Virus record (IMG/VR): IMGVR_UViG_3300023179_000016 | Span: 64,001-128,000 of that record | Length of the DNA stretch: 64,000 nucleotides | Reading direction: 5' to 3' (one strand) | DNA from: a virus | Shown: in pieces, positions 7,390 through 17,662 of the stretch | Layout of the letters: every line of letters begins with the position of its first letter | How positions within the stretch are numbered: the first letter of the stretch is position 1 | Made by a program: the position numbers and the translations under genes | Notes under the pieces: model-generated | Seen by the model: the letters and a program-made list of their open reading frames with translations, nothing else | Database searches by the model: none | What the model was told of the DNA's origin: nothing

Positions 7390-9630
7390 ATGGCAATCAA
7401 TGTGAGCTTTAACGGCGCGACAATTTACAAACCAGGCGCTTACTCCAAAACCACGATAGATCTAGGCGGTGGATTTCCACTAAGCCCAACCGGTCTAGTG
7501 GCGATTTTTGGCGAAGCAGATGCTGGAGCACCAGGATCCGCAGAAATAAACATAGCTGATAATTACTTTAGCCCAGATCAACTACCACAGATTAGAGCAA
7601 AATATGGCAGAGGCAGTATAGTAGATGCATGCAATCTACTCTTCTCTCCAGGTGCCGATGGAGCTATTCCTGGAGGCGCTCAAGCTGTATACATCTACAA
7701 GACCAATGCTTCTGTGCGCGCTACTCTAGACCCTGTCGCAGCCGGCGGCGGATCAAATGATTACGGAAGATTGCGCGCTAGAGAATGGGGCGCTGGAGGT
7801 AATCAAGTCACCTTCAAAAATACACTCATAGCTGAATCTCCAGCAAATATCACAAGTGCCACAATTACCTTTCCGGTAGTTGTCGTTCTCGGCGCCAACG
7901 ATGAATTAAAATACAGTCTCAATGGAAATCCAGAAGCTACTGCTACAGTAGCTGCCGGCAGCTATGCAAACGTTGCCGCATTAGTTGCAGCGCTTAACTC
8001 TGCATTGGGCGCAGGTACGCTAGTTGCCTCTGCAGGTGCTGCCGCAAACACAGTCAAATTGACTCAGGCAGCTGGTACCAATATACATAGAACTGGTGCC
8101 GGAAGATCTATGCAGATTACCTCTGGCAATATCAATGCAAGTATTGGCATGACAAATAATGAATGGGCTGCAGCAGAATCTGAGACTATGGCTGTGCTCA
8201 CCGTTAAAAATCCAGTATCTACTCTAGAAGAAACAAGCAGTGTCGGTGGAGATATAGTTATATCTATGGGTCGCGATACTAGCGGCAGCTGCACTGCTGC
8301 TAGCGTATCTATATCTGCGACACAGGTAACACTCACTCAAACTGGTGCTTCCCCTGCCTCTATAGCGCTAAACAAATCTGATTTTCCAACTATTCAATCT
8401 CTTGTTGATTATGTTAACACTTTGTCTGGTTGGAGCGCGGCTGCAGCTAGTGTTAGAACCGGACAATTATCTCTTTCTATTCTAGATAGAGTTTCCAGTG
8501 CCGGCGCTCTTCATTACGGAGCATCTGCACTAAAGCCCGCTAGAATAAAACAAGATGCAACAAAAGTCGCTGAATTCTTCGATCTTTCTTCTCAGGTCGA
8601 ACTTGTTCCTCTGACTTCTGCATCTGAAGTTAAAAAAGTTGGCTTACCAGATCAGCAAGGCGTGCCAAGTGCACTCTATCTAACCGGTGGAGTTAAAGGC
8701 GGAACTTCCTCTTCTGAGATCACAAATGCTCTCAGTAAGTTTGAAAAATTCCGCGTCAATTCTGTTGTTCCTCTCTTCTCTAGAGATGCAACAGACGATA
8801 TAAATGATGCTCTTACTGATGGATCTTCTACATACACCATTGATGCGATTCATCAGGCAGTTAAGACACATCTTAGCTTGATGTCAACTACCAAAAAGAA
8901 GTCTGAGCGTCAAGGATATCTGTCGTGTAAGGCCAGCTACTCTGATTGTAAGTCTAAAATTGCAAGCATGTCTAGCGCTAGAATACAGATGACAATTCAA
9001 GACGTAAGACAGGCCGATGCCGATGGCAATATCAAGTGGTTCCAGCCTTGGGCTGGTGCTGCACTACTTGCCGGCGCACGCGGTGGATCTCCTATCGGCA
9101 ATCCAATGACATTTAAATATTTCAATATGTCTGGTGTCAGACAGACTGGACAGCCAATATCAACCGCAGAACAAGATATCGCAACAGACTTCGACCCAGA
9201 TACTCAGTATGATGATGCAATTCAGTCTGGCGTAACCTTCTGGGAAGCTCCTCAGACTGGTGGATTCCGTCTAGTTGTAGATAACACTACATACGGAAAA
9301 GACGGTAATTGGGTCTACAACAGAGCCAACGTTCTTTATGCTGCCGATGTACTCGCATATGATTTTAGAAATCAACTAGAAAATATCTATGTTGGTCTAA
9401 AAAATACTGTGTCTGCATCAGAGATTAAATCTACCTGCGAATCTATACTTTCAACGTATCTTTCTCAAGGTATTACCGTAAACACTGCTGACGCACCAAA
9501 CGGATTCAAGCAGCTTGTCGTTCAAATTAATGGCAACACTGTCAATGTATCTGTTGTGGTCAAGCTAGTTGAGGGAATCGACTTTGTACTTGCAGATATC
9601 ACGCTACAGAGAGCGCAACAGAGCGCTTAA
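7390..9630 (+). CDS. Contractile tail sheath protein
   Basis: N-terminal IYKPGAYS; C-terminal sheath domain (AALLAG...PMTFK...DNTTY...VKLVEGIDFV); AGGAG RBS; followed by tube genes. Confidence 0.92.
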   Translation: MAINVSFNGATIYKPGAYSKTTIDLGGGFPLSPTGLVAIFGEADAGAPGSAEINIADNYFSPDQLPQIRAKYGRGSIVDACNLLFSPGADGAIPGGAQAVYIYKTNASVRATLDPVAAGGGSNDYGRLRAREWGAGGNQVTFKNTLIAESPANITSATITFPVVVVLGANDELKYSLNGNPEATATVAAGSYANVAALVAALNSALGAGTLVASAGAAANTVKLTQAAGTNIHRTGAGRSMQITSGNINASIGMTNNEWAAAESETMAVLTVKNPVSTLEETSSVGGDIVISMGRDTSGSCTAASVSISATQVTLTQTGASPASIALNKSDFPTIQSLVDYVNTLSGWSAAAASVRTGQLSLSILDRVSSAGALHYGASALKPARIKQDATKVAEFFDLSSQVELVPLTSASEVKKVGLPDQQGVPSALYLTGGVKGGTSSSEITNALSKFEKFRVNSVVPLFSRDATDDINDALTDGSSTYTIDAIHQAVKTHLSLMSTTKKKSERQGYLSCKASYSDCKSKIASMSSARIQMTIQDVRQADADGNIKWFQPWAGAALLAGARGGSPIGNPMTFKYFNMSGVRQTGQPISTAEQDIATDFDPDTQYDDAIQSGVTFWEAPQTGGFRLVVDNTTYGKDGNWVYNRANVLYAADVLAYDFRNQLENIYVGLKNTVSASEIKSTCESILSTYLSQGITVNTADAPNGFKQLVVQINGNTVNVSVVVKLVEGIDFVLADITLQRAQQSA

Positions 9631-9638
9631 CAATAAAC

Positions 9639-9668
9639 GGGAGGGGATGGTTCCCCTCCCATTTATTT
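9639..9668 (+). terminator. Rho-independent terminator after the sheath gene
   Basis: GGGAGGGGA-tggt-TCCCCTCCC followed by ATTTATTT. Confidence 0.75.
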
Positions 9669-9673
9669 AAAAT

Positions 9674-10192
9674 ATGTATACTAACTTAATTAAAAAATTA
9701 AATAGTTTGTTAAGTCTAATTAAAGCCGAAAATAAAAAGGGTTTTAATATAGATATTGCTCCTACACCAGGCGTAATAGATCCAGAAAAAGATAACAGAA
9801 TAATAGCTCTTAGAGCTGCATGGTCTCAGGCTCATGCGCAGGGCAAACATGATTTAAAGCAGGAAGTAGATAAGCACATAAACTTAAGACTTTCTGAAAT
9901 AGCTGAGCAAAATAAAAAACTCAACGAAGCAATGGGTAAACCAGAGCAAACCATACAGAGGTCTAAGATTAAATCTCCTTTTACCATGGAGGATGCCCAT
10001 AGCGTTTTATTAATGCCGCACGAAGATGCAAGAAAATTCGCTGAGTCTAAAGTTCACAAGCATGTCGGAATTTCATCAGCCCATAAGGGCGAAATATTAT
10101 ATAAAATATTAAGGGCTAAAAATCCCACAGAATTATCTAGATTCATAGCGTATCATGTATCAAACCCTAGAAGAACTATGGGAAAAGATTAG
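9674..10192 (+). CDS. Hypothetical protein inserted between sheath and tube
   Basis: 172-aa ORF; N-terminal LLSLIKA. Confidence 0.65.
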   Translation: MYTNLIKKLNSLLSLIKAENKKGFNIDIAPTPGVIDPEKDNRIIALRAAWSQAHAQGKHDLKQEVDKHINLRLSEIAEQNKKLNEAMGKPEQTIQRSKIKSPFTMEDAHSVLLMPHEDARKFAESKVHKHVGISSAHKGEILYKILRAKNPTELSRFIAYHVSNPRRTMGKD

Positions 10193-10271
10193 TTTAACTT
10201 CATGTGTGATATATTATATTAATTACTTAAAATGAATGGTATAGGTCAACCTCAAGACCAGAAGGAACTTT

Positions 10272-10829
10272 ATGGCTAAAAAACCGATTTTTATAACAGG
10301 CGCAAATGCTAAACTTAAAATAGACGGTAAAACATTTGCATATGCACAAGATGTCAGCTATAGTGTCGCAGTAGATACTATCCCGATTGAAACAATGGGT
10401 CGCTATGAAGCTGTAACCAATGAACCAGTAAATTATTCTGTCGCTGGCGAGTTTGCTATTGTTCGGTACACTTCTGCTGCTGTTGCCGCACAGGCAGGAA
10501 TAGATGCTGCGGCATCTGGCGGTAACGGATTAGGTAACGTCAAGGGTAACAATAACAGCACCAACGGTTTATCTTCCCATGTTAATCCAGGTAAACTATT
10601 GGACTCTGTGACATGGGATTTAGAAGTTTTTCAAAAGGGTGCAGGAGCGGGTACCAATGCTCCGGTAATAAAGGTCTTAGATTGTCGCATCACTAGAAAG
10701 AGTGGTGGCCTCAATAAAAGAGGTATTTTAGTCGAGAGAGTTTCATTTGTTGGTCTACTACATGCCGACGAATCTATGACAGGTCAGCAGGCAGTTTCCA
10801 ATTCTGGTGACACTGATCTTAGCGGCTAA
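10272..10829 (+). CDS. Tail tube protein (major)
   Basis: TGANAKLKIDG...DVSYSV...IETMG pattern; AAGGA RBS and its own terminator. Confidence 0.8.
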   Translation: MAKKPIFITGANAKLKIDGKTFAYAQDVSYSVAVDTIPIETMGRYEAVTNEPVNYSVAGEFAIVRYTSAAVAAQAGIDAAASGGNGLGNVKGNNNSTNGLSSHVNPGKLLDSVTWDLEVFQKGAGAGTNAPVIKVLDCRITRKSGGLNKRGILVERVSFVGLLHADESMTGQQAVSNSGDTDLSG

Positions 10830-10858
10830 ATTAACAATAACAATAGTTTGAATATAAG

Positions 10859-10889
10859 AAGGACGTCCTCAAGGCGTCCTTTTTATTTT
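10859..10889 (+). terminator. Rho-independent terminator
   Basis: AAGGACGTC-ctcaa-GGCGTCCTT followed by a T-tract. Confidence 0.75.
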
Positions 10890-10905
10890 ATGATACAATA
10901 TATTT

Positions 10906-11460
10906 ATGGGCAATAAACCATTTTTTTTAACGGGCGCAAATGCCAAAATTAAAGTCAATGACATGACCGTTGCTTTCTGCACCGATGTATCTTATTCTGT
11001 TCAAATAATGCATCAGACACCTAAAATTTTAGGTATGTATGAAGGCACATCTGTAGAACCTATTGGTTATAATGTTTCTGGCTCATTTAGAGTTGTTAGA
11101 TATGTTAGAAACGCTGTAGATAATTTAGGTGCCCCATCTGGATCTAAGGCTAAAAATAGTGGCAATGGTATAGGTAATATGTCGTCTAGTGGACCTTGGC
11201 TCACTAACGATGCGCAAACACATCTATCTCTTGTTCCTGCTGATTTAGAAAACGCTATGGGTTTTGATCTAGAGATACATCAAAAATTATCAACTGGCGA
11301 ATTTTTAGGCGTCGCTAAGATAAGAAATTGTAGAATAGTTCAAACAGATTTTTCTTTGTCTAAGAGAGCAGCAGCAATACAAACTTATAATTTTGTTGCT
11401 CTATATGCAGACGAAGATAGCTTTATCGCAGATTTTAGTGGCAGAGGGCAGCACTTCTAA
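10906..11460 (+). CDS. Tail tube paralog 2
   Basis: KPFFLTGANAKIKVN...DVSYSV, clearly homologous to 10272..10829. Confidence 0.78.
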   Translation: MGNKPFFLTGANAKIKVNDMTVAFCTDVSYSVQIMHQTPKILGMYEGTSVEPIGYNVSGSFRVVRYVRNAVDNLGAPSGSKAKNSGNGIGNMSSSGPWLTNDAQTHLSLVPADLENAMGFDLEIHQKLSTGEFLGVAKIRNCRIVQTDFSLSKRAAAIQTYNFVALYADEDSFIADFSGRGQHF

Positions 11461-11462
11461 TT

Positions 11463-12044
11463 ATGGCTAAAACAGGCTTTGATAACGGCAGCGGATTTAA
11501 AAATGTTGGAGAAAATCTAACTAGTTCTTTTGGTAGTTTATTGTCTGCTAGACCTACAGCCAAATATGCTTCTGGTGCTCGATGTTTATTAAAAATAAAC
11601 AATAAATTGTGTGGTTTTGCGTTTGCTATTTCTTGGAGAATAACTACACAATCTACCGAAATTAACACAATAGATGATCCATTCGCATATGAACTTGCTC
11701 CTCAAAGAATTACAGTAGATGGCACTATATCTGCCTTACATATACCGGGTGAAGGTATTGGAGTTAAGTTATGGCAACCAGATTCATTAAATTTTTTATT
11801 TCAACAGTATATAACGATAGAGGTTAGAGATTCTGCCACTGATAACTTATTGTTTTTTACTGATAGAGCTATGATAGTTAGTAGACAAGAAGATATAAAA
11901 GTAGATTCTTTGGCCAATGTTCAATTAAGTTGGAGAGCAATAGGATTCAAGGATGAAAGAGAACCTAAATTGCCGGATGGACTCGACAACGGTACGCCTT
12001 TAGAAAACGCCTCTAAATTCCTTAAAAAATTAACATCATTTTAA
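11463..12044 (+). CDS. Tail tube paralog 3 / tube initiator-like protein
   Basis: SGARCLLKINN...ISWRI...INTID, a diverged tube pattern. Confidence 0.65.
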   Translation: MAKTGFDNGSGFKNVGENLTSSFGSLLSARPTAKYASGARCLLKINNKLCGFAFAISWRITTQSTEINTIDDPFAYELAPQRITVDGTISALHIPGEGIGVKLWQPDSLNFLFQQYITIEVRDSATDNLLFFTDRAMIVSRQEDIKVDSLANVQLSWRAIGFKDEREPKLPDGLDNGTPLENASKFLKKLTSF

Positions 12045-12089
12045 TATATAGTGATTTAGTTATTTTGGTATAATTATATTGAGGTGTTT

Positions 12090-12470
12090 ATGGATTTATT
12101 GACTAAAGAACGCACAGTAGATATAAGTTGCACAGGTGAGGTAACTGGCAAAAAATATGAAGGTAGTTTTACCGTTCTGTGCTCTCTCAATATAGGTCAG
12201 AGACACGCTTTAGCGTTAGAAAAGACTAGACTTTTAGGCAATCATTCTAATCCTACAGATGACCTTATAGGTTTATCTGTTATCCTGGCTAATTTAAGAA
12301 TTAAAGTAGTCGATGGACCAGAATGGTGGAAACAAAGTAAGGGTGGATCTACATTAGAAGATGAAGAGGTCATAGTGACTCTTTTTGAAAAAATTCAAGA
12401 GGCAGAACGCTTGTGGAAAGATTCTTTGAAGCAGAAAGCACAGAAGCTACCAGAGCAAATTTCTCAATAG
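12090..12470 (+). CDS. Probable tail assembly chaperone
   Basis: Between tube and tape measure genes; GAGGTG RBS before ATG 12090; DGPEWW motif. Confidence 0.65.
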   Translation: MDLLTKERTVDISCTGEVTGKKYEGSFTVLCSLNIGQRHALALEKTRLLGNHSNPTDDLIGLSVILANLRIKVVDGPEWWKQSKGGSTLEDEEVIVTLFEKIQEAERLWKDSLKQKAQKLPEQISQ

Positions 12471-12907
12471 CAGAAGCAGTACAAAAGATAGCAGCCTATA
12501 ACGCAAGAGCTGATCTCGACAACGAGCATCAGCTTTTGCTTTTTTTACAGAGTTGGTGGTCAAATTTATATAATAAACCATTAAAAGACCCAATATTGGC
12601 CTCATATACATTAGAAGAGCTATTATATGAATTTTATGACAGATTAGAGCGGCAAAGAGCCAGAGAAGAGAACATTCAGACAGAAAATGATAGAATAGAA
12701 GAGGCCAAAGATAAAGCGGTTGAGGATTGGATCAGAGAAGAAGAGAATAAAGAATTATTAAAAGATGATCAAAAAAACACAGACGACAAACAATCAGATC
12801 CAACCAAAGACCCAGAAAATATAAAATGGATGCAAGAGCAGATAGATAAAGCCAAAAATGAGTATGGTGAAACTTTTGGTGAAGATATAATAGAAAATTT
12901 TGAATAG
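12413..12907 (+). CDS. Probable second tail assembly chaperone (possible -1 frameshift extension)
   Basis: Overlaps the previous ORF in the -1 frame; GTG start; acidic; directly before the tape measure gene. Confidence 0.55.
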   Translation: MERFFEAESTEATRANFSIAEAVQKIAAYNARADLDNEHQLLLFLQSWWSNLYNKPLKDPILASYTLEELLYEFYDRLERQRAREENIQTENDRIEEAKDKAVEDWIREEENKELLKDDQKNTDDKQSDPTKDPENIKWMQEQIDKAKNEYGETFGEDIIENFE

Positions 12908-12909
12908 TT

Positions 12910-15870
12910 ATGGCAAATAAAAAAGACGACGATTTAAGAAAAAGAATACAAGAGGCTAAAAAACCTACTCTTGGTGAGGAAGAACTCTCTAGAAGAATAG
13001 AGCAAAGTATAGAGCTTCGTGAAGCTTTAACTGCTGGTCTAGAATCTGGTCTAGGATCTGGGGATCCTAAACTTTTAAATCAAACGCTTTCTGCGATAAA
13101 CAAATCTGCTAAGGCTATTGCTAGAGATGAGCCGAGATTAGAGCTAAAACAAGCAGCCAGATTAGAGCGTCAAGGTTCTTTGATAGCATCTACAGTTCAA
13201 AGTATGTTTTCAGCAGAATCATCTAGTACACGCGGACGAATTTCGCAGATGGCTAGAAGCTCCGATATCATAAATGGTTCATTATCACTAACAGATGCTC
13301 CGTATGAAGAACTTGAAGAAAGACAAAGACAACAAGAAATTAGATTGGGTAAATTGGGTCAAAGAGCAGGTAGCGCCGCATCTGCCTTAATATTAGACCC
13401 CAACAATCCTAAATCAACTAAAATAGAACAAAAATTACAACGAACCCTACAAGAAAGAGAAGAAGTTCTTTCTAGTATGGCAGTCAATGAAGTGACATTA
13501 AAGAGAAAAAAGTCTTTAGGCTTAGACCCAGAATCTAAAATAGAAGATTTATACAAAACATCTTTTTTTGCTCAATCTTTGTTGAATGAAAATAAAATAG
13601 CGCAGAACTACGGATCAGATCAGATAAAAATTAAGGGTGAAAAACCTGGAGAAGAAATTTCTGTTAAAAAAACAGAAATAGATTCTAAATTAGTTGAAGA
13701 ATCAAAAAACTTATTAGAATCTATGAAAAAATTAGCAAAAGAAACTGATCACACTTCTGAAAGTTTTAAAAAACAAAGAGCTATAGCAGAACAACACAAA
13801 GAAAACATTGAGACACTTAGAGGAGCACAAAAAGCTAAAAGAGATTATGATGAGCAGACATACACCGATGCTGTCAGTAAAGCTCAAAAATATGCCGCTT
13901 ATGGTTCTTTTGCTAATATAGCCGGCGGAGCAGCACAAGAATTGTTTGTAAACCAAAGAAAACAAACAATGGCGAATCAGCGCGGATTTGCTCAATTTGA
14001 AAATATGAAATATGATACATATAGGGCTGCACTTTCTGGCGATGTGCAATCTATGATGATGTTGGGTCAATTTTCGGGAGCTGAAGATTTTGGTGGACAA
14101 TTGAAAGCTGGACAAACAGCTGCATTAGGACTTAAAGGAGTCGGGGCTGGGTTTGATATCAAGGCGGGAAGCGCATTAATTGGTGCTGGTGCAGCTGGTT
14201 CAGTTGGGGGTACTTTTACTGGAGCTGTTGGTCAAAGTGTCAATGTCGCGCGAGAAGGCGCGCAGATGGTCGCGGGCGGTACAGCAAATCTTATAACAAT
14301 AGGTGAAGATATAAGAAAGTCACAGTTCGGTCCTGGAGGCTCTGCCAATACCGAAAAACTTCAAGGTGCCTTCGCCAATGTAGAAACAATGAAAGCGATA
14401 ACAAAAATACCTGCTTTTCAGCAACAACAGTTACTAGATTTTTCTAGGGGAATGGGAGAAGTTGCTAGAGGTATGGGTGGTCAAGGGGAGGCATTTCTAA
14501 ACGAGTCGCTTGGGTCCAATAAGATGTTAGATAGAATGCAAAGTTTACGCATGTCTCCGGAAGAAATGACTAAAATGATGTCCTTTGGTGTAAACGAGGT
14601 CGGTAGTACATTTACAGCACAATCTGCATTTGCCGCTAGAGGCCTTGAAAAATCTGGTATAGGGACTAAAGAACAAAATCTACAGAGAATGGCCATGCTG
14701 TCTCAAGCTGGTGCCAACAATCCAGAAACTGCACTTTCAAATGTCTTAGAGGCCGCAGTGGGTAGAGGTTTTGATAATTCTAAATCTATGTCAGTTTTAG
14801 TTCAAAATACCGCAGAAATGGCAAAACAAAGTGCTACTTCTATGGCTGCAGGTTTAGATGTTACCGGCAGTATTTCTACTATATTGGCTGCCGGCGCAGA
14901 CAAAAATATGCCCAATAGAGAATTTGCACTTGAAAGATCTAGAACAGTTCAAGAAGCAATACAAGGAACTACGGCCAACACGGGGACCGATTTATTGGGT
15001 TTGATGAACACATCTACCATATCGTCGTTAACAGGACTTAGCGGCAAATCTGCGACATTTGCAGCTAAAATATCAATGTCTGAATTGAGGTCTCTAAAAG
15101 GGAAATCTAAGGGAGAAATAGAAGACTATTTTGCAGAAAGAGGCGTCGATCCAAACGAATTTGGATCTGGTGCAGTTGAAGGCATCAATCAATTGATGAA
15201 ATCTAAAGCAGAAGCATTGCTTCGCGGCAAAACTGGAATGGGTTTAGTTGCAGATTTAAGTGAAAAAGATAAAGATAAAATATTAAGTGCCTTTACAACC
15301 GGCGATCCTTCTAAGTTGGGTGGAGATAAAAGACTACAAGCGATTGTAAGTCAATTACAAGAAGGCATAGGCAGTAAAGAATTAATTAGGGGCGTTGGTG
15401 CTGGATTTATAGGAGAAAATGAACCTAATTCTAAAGCTAAAGTTGAAGGACTTAAAAAGGGCGAAGGTGGAGGAGAACTTCAAAAAGCCTTTGATGCAAT
15501 GTCTACAAGCGGCGCTGCTCAATTAACCGATGCCGCGAAAAGAGCTACTGATTCTTTAGGCAGTGCAGCAAAAGCGTTAAAAGGTTTTGCACAAATAGCT
15601 GTAAATCTTAGAGCCTCTGATTATGAAAAAATTGCAACAGACGCGGCAGCTAAAGCAGCAGGTACAGGTGAATTTTCTAAAGCAGCAAATGAGATGTTTA
15701 GTAATTCTGTTGGTAAATTTGGTGATTTTGTTCAAGAATTAACAGATTTATTAAAAACAGCAGATATATCTGGTAGAAATAGTGTTGCACCTGCAGGCGC
15801 TATAAGACAGCTAAAGAGCGCCACAGAAAAACAAAGATTTATGAAGACCTCACCGGGAGGCAAAAAATAA
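12910..15870 (+). CDS. Tape measure protein
   Basis: 986 aa, helical and Ala/Gly-rich; canonical position after chaperones and before the baseplate hub. Confidence 0.8.
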   Translation: MANKKDDDLRKRIQEAKKPTLGEEELSRRIEQSIELREALTAGLESGLGSGDPKLLNQTLSAINKSAKAIARDEPRLELKQAARLERQGSLIASTVQSMFSAESSSTRGRISQMARSSDIINGSLSLTDAPYEELEERQRQQEIRLGKLGQRAGSAASALILDPNNPKSTKIEQKLQRTLQEREEVLSSMAVNEVTLKRKKSLGLDPESKIEDLYKTSFFAQSLLNENKIAQNYGSDQIKIKGEKPGEEISVKKTEIDSKLVEESKNLLESMKKLAKETDHTSESFKKQRAIAEQHKENIETLRGAQKAKRDYDEQTYTDAVSKAQKYAAYGSFANIAGGAAQELFVNQRKQTMANQRGFAQFENMKYDTYRAALSGDVQSMMMLGQFSGAEDFGGQLKAGQTAALGLKGVGAGFDIKAGSALIGAGAAGSVGGTFTGAVGQSVNVAREGAQMVAGGTANLITIGEDIRKSQFGPGGSANTEKLQGAFANVETMKAITKIPAFQQQQLLDFSRGMGEVARGMGGQGEAFLNESLGSNKMLDRMQSLRMSPEEMTKMMSFGVNEVGSTFTAQSAFAARGLEKSGIGTKEQNLQRMAMLSQAGANNPETALSNVLEAAVGRGFDNSKSMSVLVQNTAEMAKQSATSMAAGLDVTGSISTILAAGADKNMPNREFALERSRTVQEAIQGTTANTGTDLLGLMNTSTISSLTGLSGKSATFAAKISMSELRSLKGKSKGEIEDYFAERGVDPNEFGSGAVEGINQLMKSKAEALLRGKTGMGLVADLSEKDKDKILSAFTTGDPSKLGGDKRLQAIVSQLQEGIGSKELIRGVGAGFIGENEPNSKAKVEGLKKGEGGGELQKAFDAMSTSGAAQLTDAAKRATDSLGSAAKALKGFAQIAVNLRASDYEKIATDAAAKAAGTGEFSKAANEMFSNSVGKFGDFVQELTDLLKTADISGRNSVAPAGAIRQLKSATEKQRFMKTSPGGKK

Positions 15871-17658
15871 ATGGAAAACAATTTTCATGTGGATACTCCG
15901 CATGCCGCCGTCGTTATATGGAACTATAAAGATAGACTAGGCGCCGATGGTAGCAATATATCTACAGTAGACGACACAGAGAAAGAGATAATAATAAATA
16001 CATCTGATTGTATTTCCATTGAGACGACAAAAGCAAAAGGGAATCCTCAGGGGTCTTTTAGATTTGTTTTGGCACCGTCGACAAATTGGGTCTCAGCAAT
16101 AACAGCTGGAAGTTGGTGCTGCATCTTCATGTCTACGAAAGAAATAAAACCTTGGGACTTAACTACTGCAAACGATACTCGTGAATTTAAAAAAAATAGT
16201 CTGAAGATGATAGGAAAGATAGAGTCGGTGAGAATTGAGACTCAAGTAGATCAGTCTGGCGCTAGAAGAAGTTTATACTATGTTAGTGGTGTCGATTGGG
16301 GTTGTGTTTTTAATACTAATATTTATATCGATCCAGCAATACCTGCTTCTGGTGATCCTAGTACTCAGGGGAACATTCTATTTGTAGCGTTAAGAAAACT
16401 ATTTGAAGATAAAAATAATCACATGCAGTACATATCAACTGACGATGTCATAACAGGTTTAAAAGATATTTGTGGCGTAAATCTTACAGATATAAATAAA
16501 GGCGCACAGAGTGTGGGTAAATTAGGTAAATCCGTATATGAGTTTAAGTTCCCGCAGGGACTAAAGAATTATTTGGGTTTGTCCTCTGACAAAATAATGT
16601 CTAACATAAACCTAAAGTCTGGCTCTTTACAAAAACTTCAAAATAAATATGAACCTGTAGTAGAGGCAGTGAGTGTACCCTCTGTATTAACTCTTCAGGG
16701 TCAATTTAGTCTATGGCAAGTAATGATGGAAAATTCAAATCCATCGTTAAACGAAATGTTTTGCGAAATAGATTGGGACGATGAGATGAGCGATGCGCCT
16801 AATTTTATCTTATATAAAAGAATAAAGCCTTTTTCATTTAAGGAAGGAAAGAAGTCTAATACTATATCGTCGAATATTAGATCATATTTTCAACTCGTAA
16901 AACGACACGAAATACATAATATAAATGTCGTATCTATAAATGCAGGCACAAACTCTAGAGATAAATTTAATTATGCGCAAATAAGATTTGATACTCAGCA
17001 ATTGCAGGCCCTAGACAATATAATAAGAAGAGGTCTAGAGACATTTGACGAAGTTGCATTTCAGCGAGAAGGTTTCAAAGCATTCATCGAATCGACTAAA
17101 CAACTACCGATCGTCCCTAAAAAAGATAAAAATATAACACATAAGGAGATTGGGGTTACAAAAGAAGTTGCAGCTGGATGGGTAGGTCTTCTTAGAGAAT
17201 GGTATTTTGACACACACAGAATGTTAAATGGCACCATTAATATGGTTGGTGTTTCTGAATATATGGCAGTAGGAAACAATATACAGTTTGATCTAAGTCT
17301 AATAAATCCAACCCTTAACATGACAGAAACAACCTTAAAAGGTAAAAATAAATATTATGTATTAGCTCATATAGAGTCAATATCGCATAAATTCTCTATA
17401 GAGGGGGATGGAGCTAGATCTTACATGACAAACATACAATTCTCCAGAGGTGTAATAATAGAAGGCGGAAAAGAAAACAAAAAAGGTCACGACGATAAAA
17501 ACAAATCTGAACAAAAAACCTTTATCTTAGATCAAGATGCGACTCTTATTCCGCGAGTCTATGACATAAACAGTATCAATACTGTATTGACCCAACATGA
17601 AAAAGATCCAGGTCCACCACAAACTACCATTGAAAAAGATTTAAAGGGTCAGTTGTAG
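15871..17658 (+). CDS. Probable baseplate hub protein
   Basis: Position after tape measure; GSFRFVL...GVDWG...NGTI...HIESISHKF pattern of hub/gpD-like proteins. Confidence 0.6.
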   Translation: MENNFHVDTPHAAVVIWNYKDRLGADGSNISTVDDTEKEIIINTSDCISIETTKAKGNPQGSFRFVLAPSTNWVSAITAGSWCCIFMSTKEIKPWDLTTANDTREFKKNSLKMIGKIESVRIETQVDQSGARRSLYYVSGVDWGCVFNTNIYIDPAIPASGDPSTQGNILFVALRKLFEDKNNHMQYISTDDVITGLKDICGVNLTDINKGAQSVGKLGKSVYEFKFPQGLKNYLGLSSDKIMSNINLKSGSLQKLQNKYEPVVEAVSVPSVLTLQGQFSLWQVMMENSNPSLNEMFCEIDWDDEMSDAPNFILYKRIKPFSFKEGKKSNTISSNIRSYFQLVKRHEIHNINVVSINAGTNSRDKFNYAQIRFDTQQLQALDNIIRRGLETFDEVAFQREGFKAFIESTKQLPIVPKKDKNITHKEIGVTKEVAAGWVGLLREWYFDTHRMLNGTINMVGVSEYMAVGNNIQFDLSLINPTLNMTETTLKGKNKYYVLAHIESISHKFSIEGDGARSYMTNIQFSRGVIIEGGKENKKGHDDKNKSEQKTFILDQDATLIPRVYDINSINTVLTQHEKDPGPPQTTIEKDLKGQL

Positions 17659-17662
17659 TTTT

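Noticed and set aside
12457-12463. AAATTTC as the canonical slippery heptamer for the chaperone frameshift
   Set aside because: Its A AAT TTC phase matches the downstream ORF's frame, not the upstream ORF's, so it cannot give the required -1 shift.
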